Shown in pieces: positions 1 to 9,608 of a stretch of 64,000 nt of DNA. Numbering within the stretch: the stretch's first letter is position 1; every line of letters begins with the position of its first letter. The stretch is from Polyangiales bacterium. Its GTDB lineage: Bacteria > Myxococcota_A > Polyangia > Polyangiales > Ga0077539. The stretch is from positions 148,352-212,351 of the forward strand of contig JBGARZ010000016.1 in NCBI GenBank assembly GCA_044229975.1, written 5' to 3'. A program made the position numbers and the translations under genes. The notes beneath the pieces are model-generated. The model made no database searches, had not been told where the DNA came from, and saw nothing but the letters and a program-made list of their open reading frames with translations.

Positions 1-1932
1 ACCCTGCACCGCGAGGTAGTACGTCCCGGCCGCGAGCGTGACGTCGACCTGTGATGCCTGCGCGACGGTGTCGTCGTTGCAGCCGTTGGTCACCGGGCGG
101 CCCGGGCAGGTGTCGCCCTCGTTCACCGACAGGATCGTGTCGAAGCCCGAACCCAGCGTGTTGGCGATGATGCGACGCCGTTCGGTGAGGGTGATCTGGT
201 AGTACACCGCGCGGCCGCCCGCGCAGCCGAGGCCGCCGCACGGAGGCTGCGCGATGACCTGCGGCGCGGCCGACGAGTTGCCGCGGAAGATGCCGCCCGT
301 CACCGGGATGGTGCGCCGCGCCATGCAACTGTCGTTGCCCGTCACCGACGTGGCCGTCGCTGTCGGGACGGTGAGGTACTGCGCGCTCACCGTTCCGGCG
401 GTGCCCTCGGTGCCGGCGGCGATGCTGTACGCCTGCCCCGCCGTGAGCCCCTGGAAGCGCCGCCACACGTTGGTGCCAGGGCCCGTGCAGCCGAGCACCG
501 TGGTGCCCCCGCAGGGCGTCTGTAGCGCGTAGCCCACGCGCGCCGCGTCGCTGCCCGCCACGTTGACGAGCACGTCCTGCCCCGTCGGCGCGGTGAACCC
601 GAACACGGCATCCGCCCGCGACATCGCGAGGCACGACAGCGTCACCGAGCCCGGCGTGAGCGCGGCCACGTCGGCGCGCGCCACGACCCCCGGCATCAGC
701 GCGACGCCCGGGCAACGATCGGCCGGACCCGGCAGCGTCGGCGCGGCCGTGGTGACGGTGGTGACCAGCGTGCGACCCGCGGTGCCCGCCGAGCGGTGCT
801 CGACCAGCACGAAGTAGGTGCCCGGCGCCTGGTTGCGCAGCGTGCGTCGCCCGGGGTTGCCCGTGACGCATCCCGCGAGTCCGGTCGCGCGGTCGCTGCA
901 CGTCGTGGCGACCCCGACGGCGATGTCGCCGGTGCCGGTGGCGCTCACGTTGATGGTCACATCACGCGCGCTGGTGAGCGTGTACGAAAACACCGAGTCG
1001 ACCCAGCCCGACGGGGTCCCGTTGGAGCCGCAGGTGGTGCCGTGGTCGGCGTCGGCGGCGAAGCCCATGGTGGACAGCGACACGGGCGGACCATCGGGCG
1101 CCACGACGACGCCGGGGCACACGTCGCCGCGCGAGCGGGGCCGGGCCGGGGTGATGGTCGCCTGCACGATGGCCGGGTTGCCGCGGTTGGAGGAGACCGC
1201 GACGGCGTAGGTGCCCGGGCCGAGCGTGGAGGCGCGCAGCGTGGCGACGCCGTCGGCGCCGGTGGCGCTGCTGTTGGAGCAGCGGAGCTCACCCGCCCGG
1301 TCGCCGCAGGTGGCCGCGGTGCTGAGGGTGAGCACCACCGCGTCGCCGCCCGTCGGGTTGGCGGTGATGACCACGTCGCTCGGCGTCGTGATGGTGAGCG
1401 GGATGATGCCGTCGGGGCCCGCGGCGGTCTGCATCCCTTCGCAGCTCGCGGGCAGGCCGCTGGTGAGGCCGGTGAAGGTGACGGTGTGGGCAGTGCCGTC
1501 ATCGAGGCCGTTGCAGGGGCCAGGGAAGGTCGATGGGCAGCGGTCGGTGATGCCGTTGCCACACGCGGGCCCGGAGTCGATCGGCGGCGGGACATCCACC
1601 GCAGCAACATCCGTCGGCGTCGGAAGGTCTTCGAAGACGACCGGCACGTCGTCGGTGGGCGAGGGGACGTCGTCAGGGAAGACGAGGGAGTCGTTGGTGA
1701 TGACGGCGTCGGCGAAGGGCACGCCGGCGTCGTCAGGAACGCCGGTCTCCCCGGTGGTGATGATCCCGTTGTCCACGGCGATGCCGGCGTCTGGCGGGAG
1801 GGCGGCGGAGTCCGTCGTGGTGGAGGCGTCGTCGCGCGCGCCGTCGAGCGGCGGCAGCAGCAGCACCGTCGAGCCACACGCGCTGAGCGCCCCCATGGAC
1901 AAACACACCATCAAGCCACGCCACCGAAGCAT
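1..1932 (-). CDS. Cys-containing surface lipoprotein with repeated beta-sandwich (PPC-like) modules, 3'-truncated by window edge
   Basis: Absent from the ORF track (no stop in window). Manual translation MLRWRGLMVCLSMGALSAC (lipobox), acidic DAG/DVP linker, repeated units ending LGPGTYAVAV / QAPGTYFVLV / LAAGTYYLAV, and GFDTIL...CNDD. Confidence 0.75.
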   Translation of the reverse strand, partial: MLRWRGLMVCLSMGALSACGSTVLLLPPLDGARDDASTTTDSAALPPDAGIAVDNGIITTGETGVPDDAGVPFADAVITNDSLVFPDDVPSPTDDVPVVFEDLPTPTDVAAVDVPPPIDSGPACGNGITDRCPSTFPGPCNGLDDGTAHTVTFTGLTSGLPASCEGMQTAAGPDGIIPLTITTPSDVVITANPTGGDAVVLTLSTAATCGDRAGELRCSNSSATGADGVATLRASTLGPGTYAVAVSSNRGNPAIVQATITPARPRSRGDVCPGVVVAPDGPPVSLSTMGFAADADHGTTCGSNGTPSGWVDSVFSYTLTSARDVTINVSATGTGDIAVGVATTCSDRATGLAGCVTGNPGRRTLRNQAPGTYFVLVEHRSAGTAGRTLVTTVTTAAPTLPGPADRCPGVALMPGVVARADVAALTPGSVTLSCLAMSRADAVFGFTAPTGQDVLVNVAGSDAARVGYALQTPCGGTTVLGCTGPGTNVWRRFQGLTAGQAYSIAAGTEGTAGTVSAQYLTVPTATATSVTGNDSCMARRTIPVTGGIFRGNSSAAPQVIAQPPCGGLGCAGGRAVYYQITLTERRRIIANTLGSGFDTILSVNEGDTCPGRPVTNGCNDDTVAQASQVDVTLAAGTYYLAVQG

Positions 1933-2074
1933 CGATCGACTCCTTTGAGGGCTCCGGGAGGGTCGAGCGGGTCCCGCGCCCCTGCGAAGCAGCGCGGTTG
2001 TACACCGGGGCCCGCGCGCACAACATGGGGTTGCAAAGTCGCAAGGGACGGCGCGCAGGACTACCCTCCGGCGC

Positions 2075-3466
2075 GTGAATGCAAGCGACACGACGGTGCT
2101 GGTGGTGGAGGACGACCGATCGAACCTGGAGTCGCTGGAGCGGCTCCTGTCGCGCGAGGGCTACCGGGTGTCGACGGCGCCCGACGCGAAGACGGCGCTC
2201 GACCTGCTGCGCCGCCAGCGGGTCGAGGTGGTGGTCACCGACCTGATGATGCCGGGCGCCTCGGGCATCGACCTCTTGAAGGCGACCAAGACGGTGTCGC
2301 CCGAGACGGAGGTCATCGTGATGACCGCGTACGGCACGGTCGAGACGGCCGTCGAGGCGATGCGCGGGGGCGCGTACGACTTCGTGGAGAAGCCGCTCAA
2401 GCGCGTGCAGATCGTGAAGAGCGTCGCGAAGGCGGCCGAGAAGGCGTCGCTCGTGGCGGAGAACCGGGTGCTGCGCGAGGAGATCTCGGCGCTGCGCAAG
2501 CGCGAGATCGTGGGCAACTCGCCGGCGCTGCGGCAGGTGCTGGAGGTCGCGGGGCAGGCGGCGCCCTCGATGGCGACGGTGCTCATCCTGGGCGAGTCAG
2601 GAACCGGCAAGGAGCTGCTGGCGCGCTACGTCCACGCGCGGTCGAGCCGGGCGGCGGGGGCGTTCATCGCGGTGAACTGCGCGGCCATCCCGGAGACCAT
2701 CCTCGAAGCGGAGCTGTTCGGGTACGAGCGCGGGGCGTTTACGGGGGCGGTGGCCAAGCGGGACGGACGCTTCGCGCAGGCGCGGGGCGGAACGCTCTTC
2801 CTCGACGAGATCGGCGAGCTGTCCCCCGCGGTGCAGGTGAAGCTCCTGCGGGTGTTGCAGGAGGGCGAGTACGAGCCGCTGGGCGGGCGCACGCAGCGGG
2901 CGGACGTTCGGGTGGTGGCGGCGACCAACCGCGACCTGCGTGACGAGGTCGCGGCGAAGCGCTTCCGCGAAGACCTCTACTACCGGCTCAACGTCATCGC
3001 GATCACGGCCCCGCCGCTGCGCTCGCGGCCGTCGGACGTGCCGTTGTTGATCGAGCACTTCCTCAAGGTGTTTGGTCAGCGCAACGGGAAGGGCCCGTTT
3101 GCGGTGGCGCCGGCGGCGATGGAGCGGCTCTCGCGCTACGGCTGGCCCGGCAACGTGCGCGAGCTGGAGAACACCATCGAGCGCGCCGTGGTGCTCTCGC
3201 GCAGCACAACCCTGGACGTCGCGGACTTCCCCAAGGGGCTGGTGGAGAGCGAGCAGGCGCGCTCGGAGCTGGTGGTGCCCATCGGGACGCCGCTGGAGGA
3301 GATCGAGCGCATGGTGATTCGCGAGACGCTGCGGGTGACCCACGGCGACAAGCGGCTCACGGCGCAGTTACTGGGCATCGCGACGCGCACCATCTACCGA
3401 CGGCTCGCCGAGGAGCGCGACGGCGGCGTCGGGGGGGACGGGATGGAGGACGAGGAGAGTGAGTGA
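2075..3466 (+). CDS. Sigma-54-dependent response regulator (NtrC/AtoC family)
   Basis: Receiver domain (VVEDD, TDLMMPG), Walker A GESGTGKE, GAFTGA, LFLDEIGE, WPGNVREL, C-terminal Fis-type HTH. Confidence 0.95.
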   Translation: MNASDTTVLVVEDDRSNLESLERLLSREGYRVSTAPDAKTALDLLRRQRVEVVVTDLMMPGASGIDLLKATKTVSPETEVIVMTAYGTVETAVEAMRGGAYDFVEKPLKRVQIVKSVAKAAEKASLVAENRVLREEISALRKREIVGNSPALRQVLEVAGQAAPSMATVLILGESGTGKELLARYVHARSSRAAGAFIAVNCAAIPETILEAELFGYERGAFTGAVAKRDGRFAQARGGTLFLDEIGELSPAVQVKLLRVLQEGEYEPLGGRTQRADVRVVAATNRDLRDEVAAKRFREDLYYRLNVIAITAPPLRSRPSDVPLLIEHFLKVFGQRNGKGPFAVAPAAMERLSRYGWPGNVRELENTIERAVVLSRSTTLDVADFPKGLVESEQARSELVVPIGTPLEEIERMVIRETLRVTHGDKRLTAQLLGIATRTIYRRLAEERDGGVGGDGMEDEESE

Positions 3467-3472
3467 CCTGTC

Positions 3473-5044
3473 GTGGGTGTGGCGCGGGAGGCGTTCTCGC
3501 GCGACAAACTCGGGGGCATGACATCGAACCTTGAGGCGACGCTCCGCGACCCGGCCCGGTTGCGAGCGCTGGTCGAGACGGGGCTCCTCGACTCCGCGCC
3601 GGAGGTGGCCTTCGATCGGCTGACCCGGCTGGCGTCGAAGATCCTGCGGGTGCCCGTCGCGCTGGTGTCGCTCGTCGACGACCACCGGCAGTTCTTCAAG
3701 AGCGCGGTGGGCCTCGGCGAGCCGTGGGCGACGCGGCGGGAGACCCCGCTGTCGCACTCGTTCTGCCAGCACGCGGTGGCCTCGCGCGAGCCGCTGGTGG
3801 TGTTCGACGCGCGCGAGCACCCGTTGCTCCGGCACAACCTCGCCATCGTCGACCTCGACGTGGTCGCGTACGCGGGCGTTCCGCTGGTGACCTCCGACGC
3901 GCAGGCGCTGGGTGCCCTCTGCGTCATCGAGGCGACGCCGCGGCGGTGGACCGACGAGGAGATGGAGGTCCTCCGCGAGCTGGCGGCGTCGGTGGTGACC
4001 GAGATCGAGCTGCGTCGGGTCGCGCGCGAGTCCCTGGCCGCGGCCGAGGCGCTGGCGGTTCTCCAGGCGGCGGCCGAGGCGGCCAACATGGCGGAGTCGA
4101 GCGCGGAGGTCACGCAGCGCTGCCTCGACCTGCTGTGCGCGCACACCACGTGGCCGGTGGGTCACGCGTACCTGAAGCGCGGCGACGCGCTGGTGTCGGG
4201 CGAGCTCTGGAGCGCCGGGACGTCGGATCGCTTCGAGGACTTTCGCGCGCTGACGGCGCGCACGCGGCTGGAGTCGGGGGTCGGGCTGCCGGGGCGGGTG
4301 CTGGCGTCGGGTGAGCCGGAGTCCGTGGACGACGCGGGCGCCGACCCGGGTTCAGCCCGCGCGGCGACGGCGCGGGCCGTGGGGCTGCGCGGCGGGTTCG
4401 CGCTGCCGGTGCGGGTGGGCAGCGAGGTGGTGGCGGTGCTGGAGTTCTACGCGGACACGGCGGAGTCGCTCGACGCGAGGACGCGCGCGGTGATGGCCAA
4501 CGTGGGCACGCAGCTCGGGCGCGTGGTCGAGCGCGAGCGCCACGCGGCCGCGGTGGAGGGGCTGTCGCTGACCGACGAGCTCACGGGCCTGCACAACCGC
4601 CGCGGGTTCACGGCGTTGGCGGCGCAGGCGCTGGCGCTGGCGACGCGGCAGGGCAAGAGCGCGCAGCTCTGCTTCATCGACATGGACGGGCTCAAGCGCA
4701 TCAACGACGAGTTCGGCCACGAGGCGGGCGACCGCGCCCTCGTCGAGCTGGCCACGGTGCTGAAGAAGACCTTCCGCCAGTCGGACGTGGTGGCGCGGCT
4801 CGGGGGCGATGAGTTCGTGGTGTTCGCGCCGGAGGCGTCGGAGCAGACGCGGCCGTCCATCCGGTCGCGGCTCAACGCACAGCTGGCGACGCACAACGTG
4901 AAGGGCGAGCGGGAGTTCACGCTGTCGGCGAGCGTGGGGCTGACGACGTACGACCCGTCGAACCCGCAGACCCTGGACGCCCTGCTCGCGCGCGCCGACG
5001 CCCTGATGTACGAGGACAAGCGATCGCGCAAGGCGGGGCGGTAG
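3473..5044 (+). CDS. GAF-GAF-GGDEF diguanylate cyclase
   Basis: GAF (FDRLTRLA...SFCQH), second GAF, TDELTGLHNRRGF, RLGGDEF with RxxD I-site (RQSD); true start may be ATG 3518. Confidence 0.93.
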   Translation: MGVAREAFSRDKLGGMTSNLEATLRDPARLRALVETGLLDSAPEVAFDRLTRLASKILRVPVALVSLVDDHRQFFKSAVGLGEPWATRRETPLSHSFCQHAVASREPLVVFDAREHPLLRHNLAIVDLDVVAYAGVPLVTSDAQALGALCVIEATPRRWTDEEMEVLRELAASVVTEIELRRVARESLAAAEALAVLQAAAEAANMAESSAEVTQRCLDLLCAHTTWPVGHAYLKRGDALVSGELWSAGTSDRFEDFRALTARTRLESGVGLPGRVLASGEPESVDDAGADPGSARAATARAVGLRGGFALPVRVGSEVVAVLEFYADTAESLDARTRAVMANVGTQLGRVVERERHAAAVEGLSLTDELTGLHNRRGFTALAAQALALATRQGKSAQLCFIDMDGLKRINDEFGHEAGDRALVELATVLKKTFRQSDVVARLGGDEFVVFAPEASEQTRPSIRSRLNAQLATHNVKGEREFTLSASVGLTTYDPSNPQTLDALLARADALMYEDKRSRKAGR

Positions 5045-6289
5045 CTACGGGGTCGGGCTGACCGGTGCCGCCGGTCGGGCCATCGGTCTCGCCGCGGGAC
5101 GCACCGCCGCCGGTCGCGCGATGGTGCGCTGGCCCATGCCCGCCGGCGTCGCCGCCGGGAGCGTTCGCTGGTTGGCGCCCGCGGGCGTCGGGGCGGGCGT
5201 CACGTCGACGTTGGGCCGCGCGGCGTCGTCCTGGTGGATGGAGTACCGCACCAGCGCGCGCAGCACCTCGTTGCGCTGGATGTTGCCCACGAGGCTCTTG
5301 ATGTCCTCGTACAGCGACGGGTCGACGAGCAGCGCGCCGAGCGTCCCACGCCCCGCGCGAATGTCCGTCATGAGCGCGTTGGTCTGCGTGGTGACCTGGT
5401 TGAGGTTGGTCAGCGTCTGCGCGAGGTCGTTGCCGTAGATCACCTGGTGCAGTCCGCCGTTGCCGGTGCGCACGTCGCGGGTGATGGCGCCCACCTCGTT
5501 GGCCGCGCTCGCGAGGTTGCGCACCATGGTCTCGCCCTCGCGGTCGTAGATGAGCGCGTGCACGAGGCCGTGGCCGTTGCGGGCGTCGCGGGCGAGGCCG
5601 TCGACCTGGTCCATCGTGGACGAGGCGTGCGCCGCGGTGGACTGCACCGAGGCCATCATCGCGTCGACGCGCCGGGCCATCGCGTCGCTGGTGAGCATGT
5701 CGTGCACCGGGCCCGGGCCCGTCGCGATCTGGCCCGTGATGACGCTGAGGTTGTGCAGCGCCGCCTGGAGGTCGGCCGTGGACTGCGGCGACGCCAGCGC
5801 GCCCGTCATGCGCGAGACGTCGGCGAGCACGGTGTTGACCCGCGTGGCCGCCTGCGCCGCGGCGCGCATCGCGCCCGCGAGGTCGTCGGACTCCTCCGAG
5901 GTGACGTTGGCGCCGTTGGCGACCGGCGCGCCCGCGGCGGTGCCCATGGTGATGTCGAGGGCCTTGTCGCCCAGCAGGCCCTTGCTGGCGATGCTCACGC
6001 GGCTGTCGGAGCGCACGCGCTGGAGCTGGTCGGACACCATCGAGAAGGCCACGTGGATGCGGCGGTCGGCGTCGCTCGTGCCGAAGGAGATGGTCTGCAC
6101 CTGGCCCACGTCGAGGCCGCCCATGCGAACGGGCGAGCCCACCTTCAGGCCCGCGACGTCGTTGAAGGTCGTGTGCAGCACGGTGTGCCGCTGAAACATG
6201 TGCCGCTCGTCACCCACCAGGAAGATGAGGATGCCGGCGACGATGAGGCCGATGAGGAGGAAGAGGCCGACCTTGACGTTCCTGACCAT
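5045..6289 (-). CDS. mlaD: MCE/MlaD family protein with long helical extension
   Basis: N-terminal TM, FNDVAGLKVGSPVRMGGLDVGQV, GLLGDKALDI, GTLGALLVDPSLYED. Confidence 0.88.
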   Translation of the reverse strand: MVRNVKVGLFLLIGLIVAGILIFLVGDERHMFQRHTVLHTTFNDVAGLKVGSPVRMGGLDVGQVQTISFGTSDADRRIHVAFSMVSDQLQRVRSDSRVSIASKGLLGDKALDITMGTAAGAPVANGANVTSEESDDLAGAMRAAAQAATRVNTVLADVSRMTGALASPQSTADLQAALHNLSVITGQIATGPGPVHDMLTSDAMARRVDAMMASVQSTAAHASSTMDQVDGLARDARNGHGLVHALIYDREGETMVRNLASAANEVGAITRDVRTGNGGLHQVIYGNDLAQTLTNLNQVTTQTNALMTDIRAGRGTLGALLVDPSLYEDIKSLVGNIQRNEVLRALVRYSIHQDDAARPNVDVTPAPTPAGANQRTLPAATPAGMGQRTIARPAAVRPAARPMARPAAPVSPTP

Positions 6290-6325
6290 GACGGGTGTTG
6301 CTCGCGGGGAGTGTGAAGGTGGGCG

Positions 6326-7099
6326 TCAGACGGAGCGGGCCATGAGGGCGGCCATGTCCTCGTCTTCGGGGGCGTGGCCGGTGATGAAGTTGTGCACCAG
6401 GGGGTTGTTGGAGTTGCGAAACTCCTCGACCGATCCGCTGGCCACGATCTGGCCCTTGTAGACCATCGCGAGGCGGTTGGAGACCGTGAACGCCGTGCCC
6501 ATGTCGTGGGTGACCACCACGCTGGTGACGCTGAGGGCGGTCTTGAGCGATACCACCACGTTGTTGATGCGGGTGGTGTTGATGGGGTCCAAGCCCGTGG
6601 TGGGCTCGTCGTAGAGCAGCACCTCGGGGCGCAGCGCGATGGTGCGAGCGAGGCCGACGCGCTTGCGCATGCCGCCGGAGAGGTCGGCCGGGGCCATGGC
6701 CTCGATGCCCGGCAGGCCGACGAGGGAGAGCGCCCAATCGACGCGCTCGGAGATCTCGTCCTCGGTCATCTTGAAGTGTTCGCGGAGGCCGTAGGCGACG
6801 TTTTCGCGCACCGACAGCGAGTCGAAGAGGGCCGCGCCCTGAAACACCATCCCGATGCGTTGACGCACCAGCGCGAGCTCGGCGGGCTTGAGACCGAGCA
6901 CGCTCTTGCCGTCGAAGCGGATGTCGCCCTTGTCGGGGACGAGCAGCCCGATGAGCATCTTGAGCATCACGCTCTTGCCCACGCCGGAGCCGCCGAGGAT
7001 CGAGAACGCCTCGCCGCGCTCGATGGACAGGTTGAGCCCCGCGTAGACCTGCTTGGGTCCGAAGGCCTTGTAGACGTCGTGGAATTCGATCAGCGCCAT
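6326..7099 (-). CDS. mlaF: MlaF-like ABC transporter ATP-binding protein
   Basis: GGSGVGKS, FQGAALFDSL, LSGGMRKRVGLAR, LYDEPTTGLDP; adjacent to MCE gene. Confidence 0.92.
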   Translation of the reverse strand: MALIEFHDVYKAFGPKQVYAGLNLSIERGEAFSILGGSGVGKSVMLKMLIGLLVPDKGDIRFDGKSVLGLKPAELALVRQRIGMVFQGAALFDSLSVRENVAYGLREHFKMTEDEISERVDWALSLVGLPGIEAMAPADLSGGMRKRVGLARTIALRPEVLLYDEPTTGLDPINTTRINNVVVSLKTALSVTSVVVTHDMGTAFTVSNRLAMVYKGQIVASGSVEEFRNSNNPLVHNFITGHAPEDEDMAALMARSV

Positions 7100-7163
7100 C
7101 GTCGAGCGGCGGTACGGTGCACCGCACGGCCTCCGTTGGCAACGCCCGTCGGCGCGGGGCCGG

Positions 7164-7592
7164 TCACGGGTCGCTCGCCGCTGCGTCGCGGCGGGATTCG
7201 ATGTGCTGCCCCGCCTGCCTGGCCATGGCGCTGTAGCGCGCGTGGATGTCCGCGAGGGCCGCGTCGTCGAGCTCGTCGAGGTTGAGCATGGCGTTGTCGG
7301 CGTCGCTGACGGCGCGGATGAGCTCGTCGAGCTTGAGGTGCATCGCCTCGCTGTCGCGGTTCTGGGTGTTCTGGATGAGGAACACCATCAAGAACGTGAT
7401 GATCGTGGTGCTGGTGTTGATGACGAGCTGCCAGGTGTCGCTGAAGTGGAAGAGCGGCCCGGTGAGGGCCCACACCACGATGACGAGGCTGGCGAGCGCG
7501 AAGGTGGTGGGCTTCCCCGCGAGCTGGGAGGTGTGCCGCGCGAAGACGGTGAAGCGGGAGATCTTGCGCGGTGCTTTCGGGGGGTCGGCCAT
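7164..7592 (-). CDS. Low-affinity iron permease (Fet4-like) family protein
   Basis: FSDTWQLVINTSTTIITFLMVFLIQNTQNRD...LKLDELIRA signature. Confidence 0.9.
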   Translation of the reverse strand: MADPPKAPRKISRFTVFARHTSQLAGKPTTFALASLVIVVWALTGPLFHFSDTWQLVINTSTTIITFLMVFLIQNTQNRDSEAMHLKLDELIRAVSDADNAMLNLDELDDAALADIHARYSAMARQAGQHIESRRDAAASDP

Positions 7593-7608
7593 GCGGCGAG
7601 GATAGCGG

Positions 7609-8175
7609 CTACTTCTTCCCGTAGGTGGCGAGCAGCGTGGCCATGTCCTCGGCGTGTTCTTCCTCCTTGGCGAGGATGCCTTCGAGCATGCGTCGGGTGG
7701 TCGGGTCGGTGTCGCCGAGGAAGCGGATGACCTCGCTGTACGACTCGATGGCGACGCGCTCGGCGACGAGGTCTTCGCGGATCATGTCGGTGAGGCTCTT
7801 GCCCTCGACGTACTCCGAGTGCGAGCGCATCAGCATGCCTTCGGGGCTGAAGTTGGGCTCGCCGTTGAGCTGCGTGATGCGGCGCGCGATCTCGTCGGCG
7901 TGGCCCTGCTCCTCGTTGGCGTGCTCGAGAAACTCGTCGGCGACGGCGCCCGCTTCGAGCCCGGAGGCCATGAAGTAGTGGCGCTTGTAGCGCAGCACGC
8001 AGACCAGCTCGGTGGCGAGCGCGACGTTGAGGAGCTTGATGACCTCCTCGCGATCGGCGCGATAGTTCTCGACGACGGCGCCGCGCTCGATGTGCTGGCG
8101 GGCGCGTCGACGAAGCTCCTTCACGTCGGTGAGAAACGGGTTCGCGTTGCTCGGGGTATTGGCTTGTTGGCTCAT
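7609..8175 (-). CDS. Ferritin-like / bacterioferritin-Dps family protein
   Basis: ALATELVCVLRYKRH, EEQGH, EDLVAERVAIESY, EEEH di-iron motifs; start placed at MSQQ. Confidence 0.9.
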   Translation of the reverse strand: MSQQANTPSNANPFLTDVKELRRRARQHIERGAVVENYRADREEVIKLLNVALATELVCVLRYKRHYFMASGLEAGAVADEFLEHANEEQGHADEIARRITQLNGEPNFSPEGMLMRSHSEYVEGKSLTDMIREDLVAERVAIESYSEVIRFLGDTDPTTRRMLEGILAKEEEHAEDMATLLATYGKK

Positions 8176-8324
8176 ACGGGGAGGCATTGCGAGGGGCGTT
8201 CCAGGCGGGACGGAAGGCGGTTGTGAGCAGACGGGGTGCGAAGCGACGCCACGCGCGGCGCAGGAGGCCGTGGCGGTGCGCCTCACCTGTGGCGTGTCGG
8301 CGAGGTGGAGTACCGTCGCGGGCA

Positions 8325-8777
8325 ATGCCGGAGCCGACGACGACGGTGGCGCAGGTGGTGTCGGCGCTGTGGGAGCTGCCGCAGAGCTCGCTGGGCTTCG
8401 CGCTGTGGATGGCGGCGCGAGCGACGGGCCGGGTGAGGGGAGAGGAGCGCGAGCACGGCAGGAGGTTCGTGGAGGTTCCGGGGATGGCGGTGTCGCTGGG
8501 GCACTTCGTGTTCTGGAGCAGCGAGAGCACCCGCTGGCACCACAACGACGCGGAGACGCGGGCGCACGAGTGGGGGCACACGTTTCAATCGCGCGTGCTG
8601 GGGCCGCTGTATCTGCCGCTGGTGGGGGTTCCGTCGAGCGCGCGGGCGCTGTACGCGGTGGCGTATCGGGAGGTCACCGGGCGGCGGTGGCGGGGGTACT
8701 TCGACGGGTACCCGGAGGTGCAGGCCGACCGCTACGGCGGGGTCGACCGCGCGGCTCGCGCGGCGCGCTGGGGGTAG
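8325..8777 (+). CDS. Small hypothetical protein with HExxH motif
   Basis: WELPQ..LG, HEWGHTFQSRVLGPLYL, YPEVQAD. Confidence 0.7.
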   Translation: MPEPTTTVAQVVSALWELPQSSLGFALWMAARATGRVRGEEREHGRRFVEVPGMAVSLGHFVFWSSESTRWHHNDAETRAHEWGHTFQSRVLGPLYLPLVGVPSSARALYAVAYREVTGRRWRGYFDGYPEVQADRYGGVDRAARAARWG

Positions 8778-8784
8778 ACGCCTC

Positions 8785-9555
8785 CTACAGTGCCCGCCCC
8801 TGCGCTCCGTCGACGACCACGCACGCGCCTGTCACCCAGCGCGCCCGCTGCGAGCATAGAAACGCCACCACGTCGGCGACCTCCTCGGGCGCCCCAAAGC
8901 GTCCCATGGGGAGATCATCCCGCTTCATCTTCTCGATGCGCGCCGGGTCGTCCTTCGCCCGCCGGTCCCACGACCCGCCCGGGAACATCACCGACCCCGG
9001 CGCCACGCTGTTCACCCGGATGCCATGCTTCGCGAGGCTCACGGCCATCTCCTTGGTCGTCGCGATCACCGCCGCCTTCGCCGCCATGTACGGCGACGTC
9101 GAGCAGAACTCCCGCCCGCAGATCGACGACACGTTCACGATCGCCCCGCCGCCGTGCTCGTGCATCCAACCGACGGCCGCCTGCGAGCACCACACCGTCG
9201 CCATGAGGTTCAAGTCCATCACCTCGCGCCACTGCGCCGCGGTGGCCTTCTCGAAGCTCCCCGACCCGAGGCTCCCGCCCGCGTTGTTCACCAGCACGTC
9301 GACGCCGCCCATCGTCTCGATGGCCTCACCCACCGCGTGCTGCGCGCCCGCCTCCGTCGACACGTCCGCCACGATCGCGTGCGCCTCGGCGCCTGCCGCC
9401 CGCAGCGCCGCCACCGTCGCCCGCAGCGTCTCTTCGCCGCGCGCCACCAGCGCCAGCCGCGCGCCCTCCCGCGCCAGCGCCTCCGCGATCGCCCGCCCGA
9501 TGCCGCGGCTCGCGCCGATGATGAGCGCCCGCTTGCCCGTGAGTTCGAGGTCCAT
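8785..9555 (-). CDS. SDR family oxidoreductase
   Basis: GASRGIG, VNNAG, YxxxK (YMAAK), IRVNSVAPG. Confidence 0.93.
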   Translation of the reverse strand: MDLELTGKRALIIGASRGIGRAIAEALAREGARLALVARGEETLRATVAALRAAGAEAHAIVADVSTEAGAQHAVGEAIETMGGVDVLVNNAGGSLGSGSFEKATAAQWREVMDLNLMATVWCSQAAVGWMHEHGGGAIVNVSSICGREFCSTSPYMAAKAAVIATTKEMAVSLAKHGIRVNSVAPGSVMFPGGSWDRRAKDDPARIEKMKRDDLPMGRFGAPEEVADVVAFLCSQRARWVTGACVVVDGAQGRAL

Positions 9556-9608
9556 GATGGCGATGGGTCTACCACCACCGCGATCACCACCGGAGTACCC
9601 TCGCGCGT

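Noticed and set aside
1935..2074. Sigma-54 promoter between the lipoprotein and the NtrC-like gene
   Set aside because: No convincing TGGCAC-N5-TTGC spacing on either strand
254..2943. Plus-strand ORFs overlapping the first lipoprotein, and many similar long Arg/Ala/Gly-rich shadow ORFs throughout
   Set aside because: Antisense or off-frame artefacts of high GC; the overlapping frames carry recognisable motifs
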